In this document: positions 26,967 to 36,107 of the stretch, in pieces
How positions within the stretch are numbered: position 1 is the first letter of the stretch
How the letters are laid out: each line of letters opens with the position of its first letter
NCBI GenBank assembly: GCA_035299465.1
Contig: DATGWN010000029.1
Span: forward strand, 1-60,314
Length of the DNA stretch: 60,314 nucleotides
DNA from: Acidobacteriota bacterium
Lineage (GTDB): Archaea > Nanobdellota > Nanobdellia > Woesearchaeales > DATGWN01
Direction: 5' to 3'
Notes under the pieces: generated by a model
Databases searched by the model: none
Told to the model about the DNA's origin: nothing
Seen by the model: only the letters and a program-made list of their open reading frames with translations
Program-made: the position numbers and the translations under genes

Positions 26967-28378
26967 CCGAGTGTACCTTCCATTTCCAGCTCGATAAGGC
27001 GGTTCAACTCGACAGCATATTCAAGTGGTAATTCCTTCGTGATCGGTTCAATAAAACCAGCAACAATTAATTGCGTCGCAGCTTCTTCGGAAAGTCCACG
27101 ACTCATCAAATAGAATTTTTGCTCGTCGCTAATGCGTCCAACGCTGGCTTCGTGCGCAACAGTTGCAGATTGTTCTCGGATATCCATGTACGGATACGTA
27201 TTGGATTGTGATTTGTTATCTATCATAAGCGCATCGCATTCGACATTTGTCGATGCACCAATTGCGCCACGGCGGATACTGACTTGTCCGCGATAGCTGG
27301 AGATGCCCCCGTTCTTAGAGATAGATTTTGACACTATAGTAGACGCAGTATGTTTTCCGACATGGATAACTTTACAACCAGTGTCTTGATGTTGCCCTTC
27401 ACCTGCAAATGCGATGCCGATAAAATCGGATTTAGAACGATCCCCGATAAGAAGCGATGCAGGATATAGCATAGTCACACCACTTCCTAAGTTGCCGTTC
27501 ACCCATTCGATAATTCCATCCTCGGCGACTATCGCTCGCTTCGTGTTCAAATTAAATGTATTCTTTGACCAATTTTCAATCGAACTATATCGTGCGCGAG
27601 CACCGCGTTTGACATGAATTTCAACGCATCCTGCGTGCAATGACGACGCAGCATATTGTGGCGCAGAGCAGCCTTCGATATAATGCAAGTACGCTCCTTC
27701 GTCCACGATGATGAGTGTGTGTTCAAACTGTCCACCACGAGCAGCGTTCATTCTAAAATATGCTTGTAACGGAAGATCGACATGTACACCTTTAGGAACA
27801 TAGATGAAAGTTCCACCAGACCATACCGCCGCGTGCAATGCAGAGAATTTGTGAAGACCAATCGGCACGCATGTCGTCATAAAGTGCTCGCGCACAAGAT
27901 CAGGATATTGTTTGACTGCTTCGTCGCAATCCAAGAAGATGACGCCTTTCTTTTCTAAATCTGAACGAAGATTATGATAAACGACTTCTGATTCGTATTG
28001 CGCACCAACGCCTGCAAGTGCAGCACGCTCAGCTTGTGGAATACCTAATTTTTCAAACGTGTTTTTGATATCAGCCGGAACGTCGTCCCATGTACGCGCA
28101 TTACGCTGTGCATCTGGACGCATGAAATAATGAATAGCATTTAAGTCCAGCTTGGATAACGAAGGCCCCCACGTCGGCATGGACAATTCATTGAATAATC
28201 GCAGACCTTTCAAACGGATAGCCAGCATCCAATCAGGTTCTTGCTTTACACGAGATATTTCGCGAACGAGTTCTTCAGATAATCCAATCGGCGCTTTGAA
28301 ACGCAGACGTTCCTCGTTACTTTGGTCATACGTCTGTCTATTGATTTCAAAGGTATTTATGTCTACTGTCATGGTCAC
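26963..28378 (-). CDS. sufB: Fe-S assembly scaffold SufB
   Basis: GLSEELVREIS, GAQYESEVVY, WSGGTFIYVP, GQFEHTLII, YIEGCSAP, HEASVG, LPLEYAVELNRLI. Confidence 0.97.
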   Translation of the reverse strand: MTMTVDINTFEINRQTYDQSNEERLRFKAPIGLSEELVREISRVKQEPDWMLAIRLKGLRLFNELSMPTWGPSLSKLDLNAIHYFMRPDAQRNARTWDDVPADIKNTFEKLGIPQAERAALAGVGAQYESEVVYHNLRSDLEKKGVIFLDCDEAVKQYPDLVREHFMTTCVPIGLHKFSALHAAVWSGGTFIYVPKGVHVDLPLQAYFRMNAARGGQFEHTLIIVDEGAYLHYIEGCSAPQYAASSLHAGCVEIHVKRGARARYSSIENWSKNTFNLNTKRAIVAEDGIIEWVNGNLGSGVTMLYPASLLIGDRSKSDFIGIAFAGEGQHQDTGCKVIHVGKHTASTIVSKSISKNGGISSYRGQVSIRRGAIGASTNVECDALMIDNKSQSNTYPYMDIREQSATVAHEASVGRISDEQKFYLMSRGLSEEAATQLIVAGFIEPITKELPLEYAVELNRLIELEMEGTLG

Positions 28379-28605
28379 AACCAGGGGTCCATTGCCCTAA
28401 GCGACTATAGAGGAGGAAACCTCTGTTCATTTAAAAAGAATTCGTTGACCCATTGCCACAAATACGGTGAATCTCAGTGAATCTCTATAATTAATCGGCA
28501 ATTCAATACAGACAAATTCATACAGAGCGATAAATATGCGCAAAAACGACGAATGGCGACATATACACCACGTCAAAGCAAAGAAACCAAAGCAACCTGA
28601 AAAAC

Positions 28606-29205
28606 TCAAACACCGCTAGCAAACTTATACAAGAACGCGGGCCGATGAGAAACATCTTTTTCTCGCACAGCAGTCTTCACTACAACGCCGCCATCTATCA
28701 TCCGCTTTCGAAAATTGCGATTGTCGTATTTTTTTCCTTCAATGACTTCATACACTTCCTGCAACGTGTTAAGCGCAAACGGTTCGACGACTAGATGTCG
28801 CAACAGCGACGTATCTATACGCCGTTTCAAGTAATCGCGAGCACCCATGAGGATCGCGCCATGATCAAACGCGAGCAATGGCAGTGATTTTACATCATAC
28901 CATTTCACCGACGAGGAAATATCATATGGCACAAGTGCAACATAGCCTATTGAAATCGTTCGGCCGCGTGGATCGCGATGTGGATCGGAGAAAACGCTGA
29001 ATTGTTCAAAATAGAATTCATTCGTGCCGCACACCGTCGCAATCTTTCGTCGCAATGTTTCGTCAACAGTCTCAGAATCTTGTACGATTCCGCCGTACAA
29101 TTCAAACGAACCAACATAAGGTTGTTTTTCGCGTTTGGCAAGCGCCACCAGCAAGGCACCATTTTTCACGGTGAAAAGCACAGCATCAATTGCTATCGTA
29201 ACCAT
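28606..29205 (-). CDS. nrtR: NrtR-family regulator (degenerate Nudix domain + C-terminal winged HTH)
   Basis: AIDAVLF, RDPRGRTISIGY, LAFDH, DNRNFRKRM, RPAFLYKF. Confidence 0.88.
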   Translation of the reverse strand: MVTIAIDAVLFTVKNGALLVALAKREKQPYVGSFELYGGIVQDSETVDETLRRKIATVCGTNEFYFEQFSVFSDPHRDPRGRTISIGYVALVPYDISSSVKWYDVKSLPLLAFDHGAILMGARDYLKRRIDTSLLRHLVVEPFALNTLQEVYEVIEGKKYDNRNFRKRMIDGGVVVKTAVREKDVSHRPAFLYKFASGV

Positions 29206-29261
29206 GGCTCCTATTTCACATTCCGCCTTTATAAAGTACGTGACAAGGACGCTATCTTATT

Positions 29262-29330
29262 GTATTGACTACGCTAACTTTATATAGAAGCTCCTATATA
29301 CACTGTTATGCTTTGCGTATTTATTACGCT
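29262..29330. promoter_or_regulatory. two candidate NrtR boxes (GT-N7-AC core)
   Basis: GTATTGACTACGCT (29262-29275) and GCGTATTTATTACGC (29315-29329), flanking the palindrome TATATAG-N6-CTATATA (29281-29300). Confidence 0.6.
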
Positions 29331-29342
29331 TAGTGGAGAAAA

Positions 29343-29723
29343 ATGTCGTATTTTTTGTTACACAAACACGACCCAGACTGTAAAGACCACAGCAAGAACC
29401 CACATCGATGGGACGTCTATGACAAGATGTCGATGCACCGAGATTTCCCTGCGGCGCAAAAAGCGTACTTTGGAAAATTAGCCGAAAATCCGATTTTAGC
29501 CAAAGTACTTGACGGCCCACCCAGTGAACTCGGTCCGTACGTAATTGCGGCGTACTATCCGAAAAAGTATGGCAGCTATGACTACCTTGGCGACTTGAAC
29601 TACCACATTCCATCCCACGAAGTCGCGCGCTGTTCCAAAGACGACCTCAAATCTGTGTTGGAAAGAATGGTCAAAGACAAACCATCAAAGATTTTTGTGG
29701 GCATCGAACAGAAAGTCATGTAG
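29343..29723 (+). CDS. hypothetical protein divergent from nrtR
   Basis: 126 aa, SD-like GTGGAG before ATG; no family recognised. Confidence 0.7.
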   Translation: MSYFLLHKHDPDCKDHSKNPHRWDVYDKMSMHRDFPAAQKAYFGKLAENPILAKVLDGPPSELGPYVIAAYYPKKYGSYDYLGDLNYHIPSHEVARCSKDDLKSVLERMVKDKPSKIFVGIEQKVM

Positions 29724-29795
29724 TTAGTGTATTAGTCCCTTTCGCATGGACAGATGGCAAAAGGCTTTTATAGTCATCATGCGAAAAAATTGGAT

Positions 29796-30311
29796 ATGAC
29801 ACGACCATCTGTTATTGTACTCGGCGGACTAAGTCACAAAAACGAAGCATTCGTCCAAACTCTTAGCGAAGAGTTTTCAAAATTCACCCCGACGCAATAT
29901 CTTGCATACGATCACTGGAAAACCGACGGTCATATGGATTTCGACGCAGAAATAAAAAAGCTCGTTGAAACAATTGGGCGTAACACAAACTTCATCCTCG
30001 TCGCAAAATCAGCAGGCATCTTAGTCTGCCTAAAAGCGATCATGGAACACGGCATAGTACCAAAACACTGTTTCTTCTTTGGTACACCAGTCACATTCTC
30101 AAAAACAGTCAACATGTCCTTTGAAGAATTGATGAAATATCCTCCTGCAAATGCGGTCTTTATCCAAAACGAACACGATCCAGCATACTCGGCAAGCGAA
30201 CTCAAGCCGATCGTCGAATCCAAAAAATGCACGCTCATTACACTAGCAGGTTCAACACACGAATATGCCGTACAAGACGTGTTAGATATAGTCAAAGGAA
30301 CAATAAAATAA
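29796..30311 (+). CDS. minimal alpha/beta hydrolase
   Basis: Nucleophile elbow AKSAG, Asp in EHDP, His in STHEY. Confidence 0.75.
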   Translation: MTRPSVIVLGGLSHKNEAFVQTLSEEFSKFTPTQYLAYDHWKTDGHMDFDAEIKKLVETIGRNTNFILVAKSAGILVCLKAIMEHGIVPKHCFFFGTPVTFSKTVNMSFEELMKYPPANAVFIQNEHDPAYSASELKPIVESKKCTLITLAGSTHEYAVQDVLDIVKGTIK

Positions 30312-30389
30312 TTTTATACGCAAAGGTACGCATCATTCTGAAATACATAATAATTTTAATGAAATTCAACTTCTGCAAATCAATCAAAG

Positions 30390-30803
30390 CTATGGAATCT
30401 TAAATCCGCCAAAAATGAGTCGACGACCAAGCGGTATGCGAAGTTTGTCAACGCCAAGTTTTCCTTCACCTTTTCGTGTCACCCGATACATGCATCTGTA
30501 CATCGGCGGAATGAATTCCAACTCTGGCTCGTACATCGTACCGCCATAAATTTCGCTGATTTCTACAAGCTCTACCAAACCCACGCGCTGTGCACGTTCT
30601 TCAGTATAATCAAACGTCTGCTGACCGAATTCAGGATTGAAAGGTATTTTTGCAAGCAACTTTAGTTTACCAATTTGCAAGTCATACTCTCGCGGCATGA
30701 ATGCAACAACACCGCCTCGTGGAGCTGTGTAAGGCAACAATTGGCCTTTAGAACCTATGTAGAGCGTCTCGCCAAGCAAATCTCCCTTCTGTAACATGCG
30801 CAT
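30390..30803 (-). CDS. hypothetical protein
   Basis: 137-aa ORF; no family recognised. Confidence 0.55.
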   Translation of the reverse strand: MRMLQKGDLLGETLYIGSKGQLLPYTAPRGGVVAFMPREYDLQIGKLKLLAKIPFNPEFGQQTFDYTEERAQRVGLVELVEISEIYGGTMYEPELEFIPPMYRCMYRVTRKGEGKLGVDKLRIPLGRRLIFGGFKIP

Positions 30804-30952
30804 AGAAAAAAAGAAAATATTTGGCTTTTATATGTGTATGGATTTGAAAAAAACTATTCTCAAGTATTGCAATTGTTCCCCCATATTCTCCAATTATTAT
30901 ATAGACCAATTACTATTACATTGAAACAGAAAATCAAAAATAAAATCCAAAA

Positions 30953-32149
30953 TTATTCATAACGCAACGCATCAACAGGCCGTAGTCGTGCAGCTTTTAG
31001 CGCAGGCAACGTGCCCGCAAAAATTCCCAAGATGACGCTGAAGAGAAACGCCTGCAAGAACAACATATAGTCTGGCTCAAATGTGAATTTTACAAAACCA
31101 AATGCGTTAAGCGGCAACATGAACAAGAACGCAAGAAACGCTCCAAAAATAATGCCACATATACCGCCAGCTGCACCTAATATGGCGCTTTCTGTGACGA
31201 AGATTGAGAAAATCTGAAAGTTCGTCGCACCTACAGCCTTCATCGTTCCGATTTCTTTCGTACGTTGAAGAACCGATGTGTACAATGAGTTCATGATACC
31301 AAGCGACGCAACAAATAACGAAACAAATGCAATACTAAGAACTACAATATCAACGACACCAAGTAACTGACCAATCTCCTCCTTAATGCCGGCAGGAGTT
31401 ATAGTCGCAAAATCTTCTTCTCCACGATAATCTTCAAGTGCGTTTCGGATTCGTTGGTCCATTAAATCAAGATCGGCGCCCGGTGAAATTCGAATGCTCA
31501 GCGCAGTGACAGCATCAGAAACGCCAAGTACATCGCGAATAGTTTCAATATTACCGACAATCAGATTATCGCTTGCCAGATTGCCCTCTTCTTTGAATAT
31601 GCCTACGATTGTGAATTTCTGCCCGTTCATTTGGATCGAATTTCCAACGAACAATTCTTTATCAAACATTTCAGTCGCAACACGATGTCCGATATTGATA
31701 CTATATCTATCATCCGATTCAAGATAACGTCCAGATTCGATATCCATACTCAAGAATCTGATGAAATCATCGCTGATTTCTGTACCTCGAATTTCGACTC
31801 TTCTTTTTTCCCGCCCGACTTCCGCATCCATGTTGATACGAAGCAGTTCCTGAACAGATTCCACTTGCGGCAGACTTTCAATAATATCCGCGTCTTTCGT
31901 CGTGAATTTACCAATACCCTTTGGACCACCGTTTCCACTGCCTTCAAGACCAGCTTTTGGCGCCGCAAGGATAACATCTGATCCAAAACTATCCAACTGA
32001 CCGGTGATGCCTTGCTTAAGCGCACCAGACAGTAAAATAAGTGAAATCATCGCACTAATGCCAATGGTGATACCAAGTACTGTGAGAAGACTACGCAGCT
32101 TTCGCTGAGAGAACTGTCTCCAGACCACAAGGAATATTCTTTTGTTCAT
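30953..32149 (-). CDS. MacB/FtsX-type ABC transporter permease
   Basis: RKLRSLLTVLGITIG, periplasmic core domain, SVLQRTKEIGTMKAVGA, PVDALRYE. Confidence 0.94.
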   Translation of the reverse strand: MNKRIFLVVWRQFSQRKLRSLLTVLGITIGISAMISLILLSGALKQGITGQLDSFGSDVILAAPKAGLEGSGNGGPKGIGKFTTKDADIIESLPQVESVQELLRINMDAEVGREKRRVEIRGTEISDDFIRFLSMDIESGRYLESDDRYSINIGHRVATEMFDKELFVGNSIQMNGQKFTIVGIFKEEGNLASDNLIVGNIETIRDVLGVSDAVTALSIRISPGADLDLMDQRIRNALEDYRGEEDFATITPAGIKEEIGQLLGVVDIVVLSIAFVSLFVASLGIMNSLYTSVLQRTKEIGTMKAVGATNFQIFSIFVTESAILGAAGGICGIIFGAFLAFLFMLPLNAFGFVKFTFEPDYMLFLQAFLFSVILGIFAGTLPALKAARLRPVDALRYE

Positions 32150-33354
32150 GAGTCACGCAACGTATCGATGATTTTCTTTCGAGATCCCAAGTAAGATGGG
32201 ATAAAACCAGATACCATTCCTACAACGAATGCGAACAGCAGACAACCAATAACTGTGACAGGCGATATGCTGATAGTTAATAGCGTGAAGCCTGCTGCGG
32301 ACGCAATTGCGCCGACGGCAAACGAAATACCGATACCAATAACAACCCCGACAAGCCCGCCAATCATACCAATCAGTCCGCTTTCAATTACGAATAACGC
32401 TAAGATGTCGCTATTTCGTGCGCCTACTGATTTCATGATACCTATCTCTTTTTCCCGTTCTAAGACCGATGTGAACATGGTGTTTGCAATACCTATCGCG
32501 CCGACAAACAGACTGATTGACGCAATCGCAAGCAAGACGCCTTGAACAATAAATATGATTGTGTTAAATTGGCGAAGCACCGCTTCAGGAGTAAGAATCG
32601 TGTATTGATCCTCACCCTTAGTTCGTTCAAGCAGACGATCAAGTTTCTCAGCCACAAGAGTCATGTCCGCACCGTCTACTAAAATAGCGTCGATTGCCGT
32701 CACTTCAGATGTTTTGTTGAATATCAATCGAGCATCTTCTAAGGGAATAGTGATTGCATTGTCATCATCGCTTCCAAATCGCTTGAAGATGCCAATGACT
32801 TCGAATTTATGTCCTGCAATAGTGATAGAGTTCTTCAAGTCAATTTGCTTACCAAACCATTCGTCGTTCACATTATTTGCGACGTTGTAGCCAAGAATCG
32901 CAACGTTTCGTTCTCCTTCATCGAAGAAAGTACCAACCGTAATGTCTCTGTCGTATTTGTACTGTCTAACAATATCGTCGACGTTTTCGTTGGGCGTACC
33001 GTAAATCGATGCGTATACAATCTTGTTCTTGTACTCCACTTGCTGCGCGGACTCGATTAAAAATGGAATAACCAAATCAAATTCCGGAATTGATTCTATG
33101 ACATCAACATCTTTTTCAAGAAGTCCGACGCTCGTCAAACCTGCGAAACCACCGTCTCCGTTCATGATAAATATTCTATTAGTGCCAAAATCTTCAAACA
33201 AAGCCACAACCGCTTGCTGCAGCCCGCTTGATAATGTAAAAAGAACAAGAATGACTGCAATAGATACGACAATACCCAAAATCGTTATCCAACTTCGGAT
33301 GCTTCGCTCTCGCAAGGACTTGACAGCGAGGCGAGCATGTTTTATCAGTATCAT
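32146..33354 (-). CDS. MacB/FtsX-type ABC transporter permease (paralog)
   Basis: RSWITILGIVV, SVLEREKEIGIMKSVGA, IDTLRDS. Confidence 0.94.
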   Translation of the reverse strand: MILIKHARLAVKSLRERSIRSWITILGIVVSIAVILVLFTLSSGLQQAVVALFEDFGTNRIFIMNGDGGFAGLTSVGLLEKDVDVIESIPEFDLVIPFLIESAQQVEYKNKIVYASIYGTPNENVDDIVRQYKYDRDITVGTFFDEGERNVAILGYNVANNVNDEWFGKQIDLKNSITIAGHKFEVIGIFKRFGSDDDNAITIPLEDARLIFNKTSEVTAIDAILVDGADMTLVAEKLDRLLERTKGEDQYTILTPEAVLRQFNTIIFIVQGVLLAIASISLFVGAIGIANTMFTSVLEREKEIGIMKSVGARNSDILALFVIESGLIGMIGGLVGVVIGIGISFAVGAIASAAGFTLLTISISPVTVIGCLLFAFVVGMVSGFIPSYLGSRKKIIDTLRDS

Positions 33355-33369
33355 GCAGTCTTTCTCAAT

Positions 33370-34608
33370 TTAGCGTTGTGCCTTCTTCTTGCGTCGGATG
33401 ATCCAGAACACAATTACTGCGATGACAACAAGCCCTACAATCAACAAAACTCCGCCATTAGATGCTGGAATCAAACCGATTTGTTTTGCAGTTTGTTGGT
33501 CATAGATTTTGTTTGTCAACGTTACATCTTTTGTGTGGATTTGATCATACGCATCTTTGTACGTCAAGACAAAGCTCAGTGGAACTGAACCTGTGACCGT
33601 AGGTCGAACATAAATTTCGAACTGGCCAGTCTCAAAGTCGTCGCTCTCAAGATTTCCAAGATAGGATGTATCCGTACCGATGATTTCATAGTCTTCAGAT
33701 TCCTTTAACTTCAATACTACGAAGTTCAAGTCGGATTTTCCGATGTTTGAAATACTCGCAACGACTTTGCCTTTTTGTCCTGCCATGAAGATTTCAGTTC
33801 GTTCAAGATTAGCAAGATATTCTGACTTTGCGCTGACTGGAATACCAATCGTCGTGGAAAGAGTCGTTTCTCGTCCTAAACTATCGCTGAAAGTGACAGT
33901 GACAGGAACCGAGTGAACCTTTACTGGTGCACTTGCATCAACAAAGTAATCGAAAGAGTATGTATGCACTCCTTTCCCGCTGATTCGGTTGATTGTCTTT
34001 TGGTTAGTGTCGCCGAATGGGATAAAGTATGCCTTGTCTGCATCGATGCTGACTTTGACATTGCTGATGAAATTAGTTGCAAGGTTTTCTACGTCAAGAT
34101 TTAGCTTGAACGGTTCTCCTGCTGAGATTTCAGTTGGCGTCAAAACGACATTGCCGATGTTTGCAAGACCCTGTGTAGATTCAACACGGATGGATTGCGT
34201 GACAATTGTCTTTTCACCACTGCCGTCTGCACGGAAATATTGTAGTCTGATAGTATTGTCGCCTTCAACAGCGCTCGCATCAACGCGTGCTCTAAAGTAA
34301 AGCGTTGCACCATAATCAGCGGACTGATAACCGACGACGGACTTTGATGTTATCTCGGACGACGTCTGTTGATCTACGCTAAATGGGTAGTCTTCAATAA
34401 GTTGAAAGACATAGTCTTCGCTCTTACCACCTAAGTTTGTGACTCTCCATCGAAGATCCACATAGGTGCCGGGTTCGACCGGGTCTGGCGTTTGGCTGAT
34501 GAAGTCAACTCGTAAAATGGAGTTGTCTTCAGAGACTGCAAATGCAGTCGATATCAAAGACAGTGCGACCAAGAACAGTAGCACAATCTTTGCAAGTCCT
34601 TTATTCAT
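33370..34608 (-). CDS. COG1361-type S-layer-domain protein
   Basis: Signal peptide, three Ig-like repeats (PDPVEPG, PTEISAG, YLGNLESDDFET), C-terminal TM and basic tail. Confidence 0.85.
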   Translation of the reverse strand: MNKGLAKIVLLFLVALSLISTAFAVSEDNSILRVDFISQTPDPVEPGTYVDLRWRVTNLGGKSEDYVFQLIEDYPFSVDQQTSSEITSKSVVGYQSADYGATLYFRARVDASAVEGDNTIRLQYFRADGSGEKTIVTQSIRVESTQGLANIGNVVLTPTEISAGEPFKLNLDVENLATNFISNVKVSIDADKAYFIPFGDTNQKTINRISGKGVHTYSFDYFVDASAPVKVHSVPVTVTFSDSLGRETTLSTTIGIPVSAKSEYLANLERTEIFMAGQKGKVVASISNIGKSDLNFVVLKLKESEDYEIIGTDTSYLGNLESDDFETGQFEIYVRPTVTGSVPLSFVLTYKDAYDQIHTKDVTLTNKIYDQQTAKQIGLIPASNGGVLLIVGLVVIAVIVFWIIRRKKKAQR

Positions 34609-35401
34609 TTGATACCTCGTTAGTACTCGTTTTTTTTATCGTAGATGTTACCAGCGTCTTTGCAGACACTTCATCTTCGATTTTTTTCACTGCCGCGCGT
34701 CTTTCCGCTTCGGAGTGTTTGACTTCTGACACAATCTTGCCATCTGACAGAACAACAGTACGTTCCGCCCATTTTGCTAAATCGTCGTCGTGAGTAACCA
34801 TGATTATCGTGACACCATGCTTCTTGTTTAATTCGAGCAAAAAGTCCATGATTTGCTTACCGGTTTTACTGTCCAAATTTCCCGTAGGTTCATCTGCAAG
34901 TATGACTTCCGGATCGTTGATGAGTGCGCGTGCAATTGCAACACGTTGTCGCTGACCGCCAGACAATTCCGCAGGTTTGTGATCGATTCTATCTGAAAGT
35001 TGTACAAGTTCAAGGACTTTTTTCGCACTTTTCTCTAATTTCTCCGACGAAATATCCTGAAATATCATTGGAAGCGTTACATTTTCCCAAACACTCAAGG
35101 TCGGCATCAGATTGAACGTCTGAAAGATAAAACCGATTTTCATCCCGCGCACCTGCGCAAGCTCGCTTTCGCTCATTTTTGCGATGTCATCGCCGTCAAG
35201 CATGACTTTACCAAACGTCGGCGTATCCAAACAACCGACCTGGTTGACGAGTGTAGATTTACCAGATCCAGATTTTCCGACGATTGACACGAATTCGCCT
35301 TTTTTCACTTTAAGCGAAACGCCATTGAGCGCTCGGACTTCCACGTCGCCCATTTTGTAGATCTTTTTCACATCCTGTAATTCTATGATTATATCAGTCA
35401 T
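34601..35401 (-). CDS. ABC transporter ATP-binding protein (MacB/LolD type)
   Basis: GKSGSGKST, LSGGQRQR, LADEPTGNLD; ATGA overlap with the tetR stop. Confidence 0.96.
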   Translation of the reverse strand: MTDIIIELQDVKKIYKMGDVEVRALNGVSLKVKKGEFVSIVGKSGSGKSTLVNQVGCLDTPTFGKVMLDGDDIAKMSESELAQVRGMKIGFIFQTFNLMPTLSVWENVTLPMIFQDISSEKLEKSAKKVLELVQLSDRIDHKPAELSGGQRQRVAIARALINDPEVILADEPTGNLDSKTGKQIMDFLLELNKKHGVTIIMVTHDDDLAKWAERTVVLSDGKIVSEVKHSEAERRAAVKKIEDEVSAKTLVTSTIKKTSTNEVSNE

Positions 35402-35988
35402 ACGAACATCTCCTCGATTGTTGCTTTCCATAATTTGTTAAAATCGATTTTTGAATTCACGCAATCAGAACCACCCGTCGCGCTCATATGAATCCCTATG
35501 CTTTCAGCAATGAAGAATATGCGAGTCGTCAATAGATGGGTATCTGCAGAGCGAAACGCCCCAAGTGTAACCCCACGCTGCACAAGAGCACGGATGAAAT
35601 CCATCTTTTGTTGCTTCAGCGTTGAAATCCACTCACCAATACGTTTGTTCTTTCGGGCTTGGATATGTAATTCTATGAACAAATTGTTGAAATTATGATC
35701 TGTAGAATGCACTTTGATAAGGCGCTGTCCCATGTCAACTAAATACGCCAATAATTGTTTTTTCGTGAACGACTCGACATCAGGCGCTACCGGAATGCCA
35801 TGTTCATGCATAGCGTATTGTACAACGTCGAAGAAAAGATCTTCCTTGGCCTTGTAATGATGATAAAGCGCACCCTTCGTTGTGCCAGAAGACGCCACAA
35901 TCGTGTTTATACTCGTCGCATCATAACCTTGGGATGCAAATAGCTTGTAAGCAGTGCGTAGAATCCTCTCTTTTGCGTCCCGAGCCAT
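35398..35988 (-). CDS. TetR/AcrR family regulator
   Basis: ERILRTAYKLFASQGYDATSINTIVASSGTTKGALYHHYKAKEDLF. Confidence 0.95.
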   Translation of the reverse strand: MARDAKERILRTAYKLFASQGYDATSINTIVASSGTTKGALYHHYKAKEDLFFDVVQYAMHEHGIPVAPDVESFTKKQLLAYLVDMGQRLIKVHSTDHNFNNLFIELHIQARKNKRIGEWISTLKQQKMDFIRALVQRGVTLGAFRSADTHLLTTRIFFIAESIGIHMSATGGSDCVNSKIDFNKLWKATIEEMFV

Positions 35989-35992
35989 AAAA

Positions 35993-36006
35993 ACCGACCA
36001 GTTGGT
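35993..36006. promoter_or_regulatory. candidate TetR operator ACCGAC-CA-GTTGGT
   Basis: Near-perfect 6-2-6 palindrome 5-18 bp upstream of the tetR ATG and downstream of the TATA (about 36027-36034). Confidence 0.65.
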
Positions 36007-36107
36007 ATGTTTTAACGAGCCACGACTTATAAATGTTTTGTGTATATATCTGCCCAGACTCAGCCATAGTGACGATGGACAGTATCCACGCGTCCACAAC
36101 TAAGTTG

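Noticed and set aside
28427-28619. Possible small ORFs between nrtR and sufB (60 aa minus; 27 aa plus; 14 aa minus)
   Set aside because: No convincing start, SD or coupling; the region reads better as terminator plus suf promoter.
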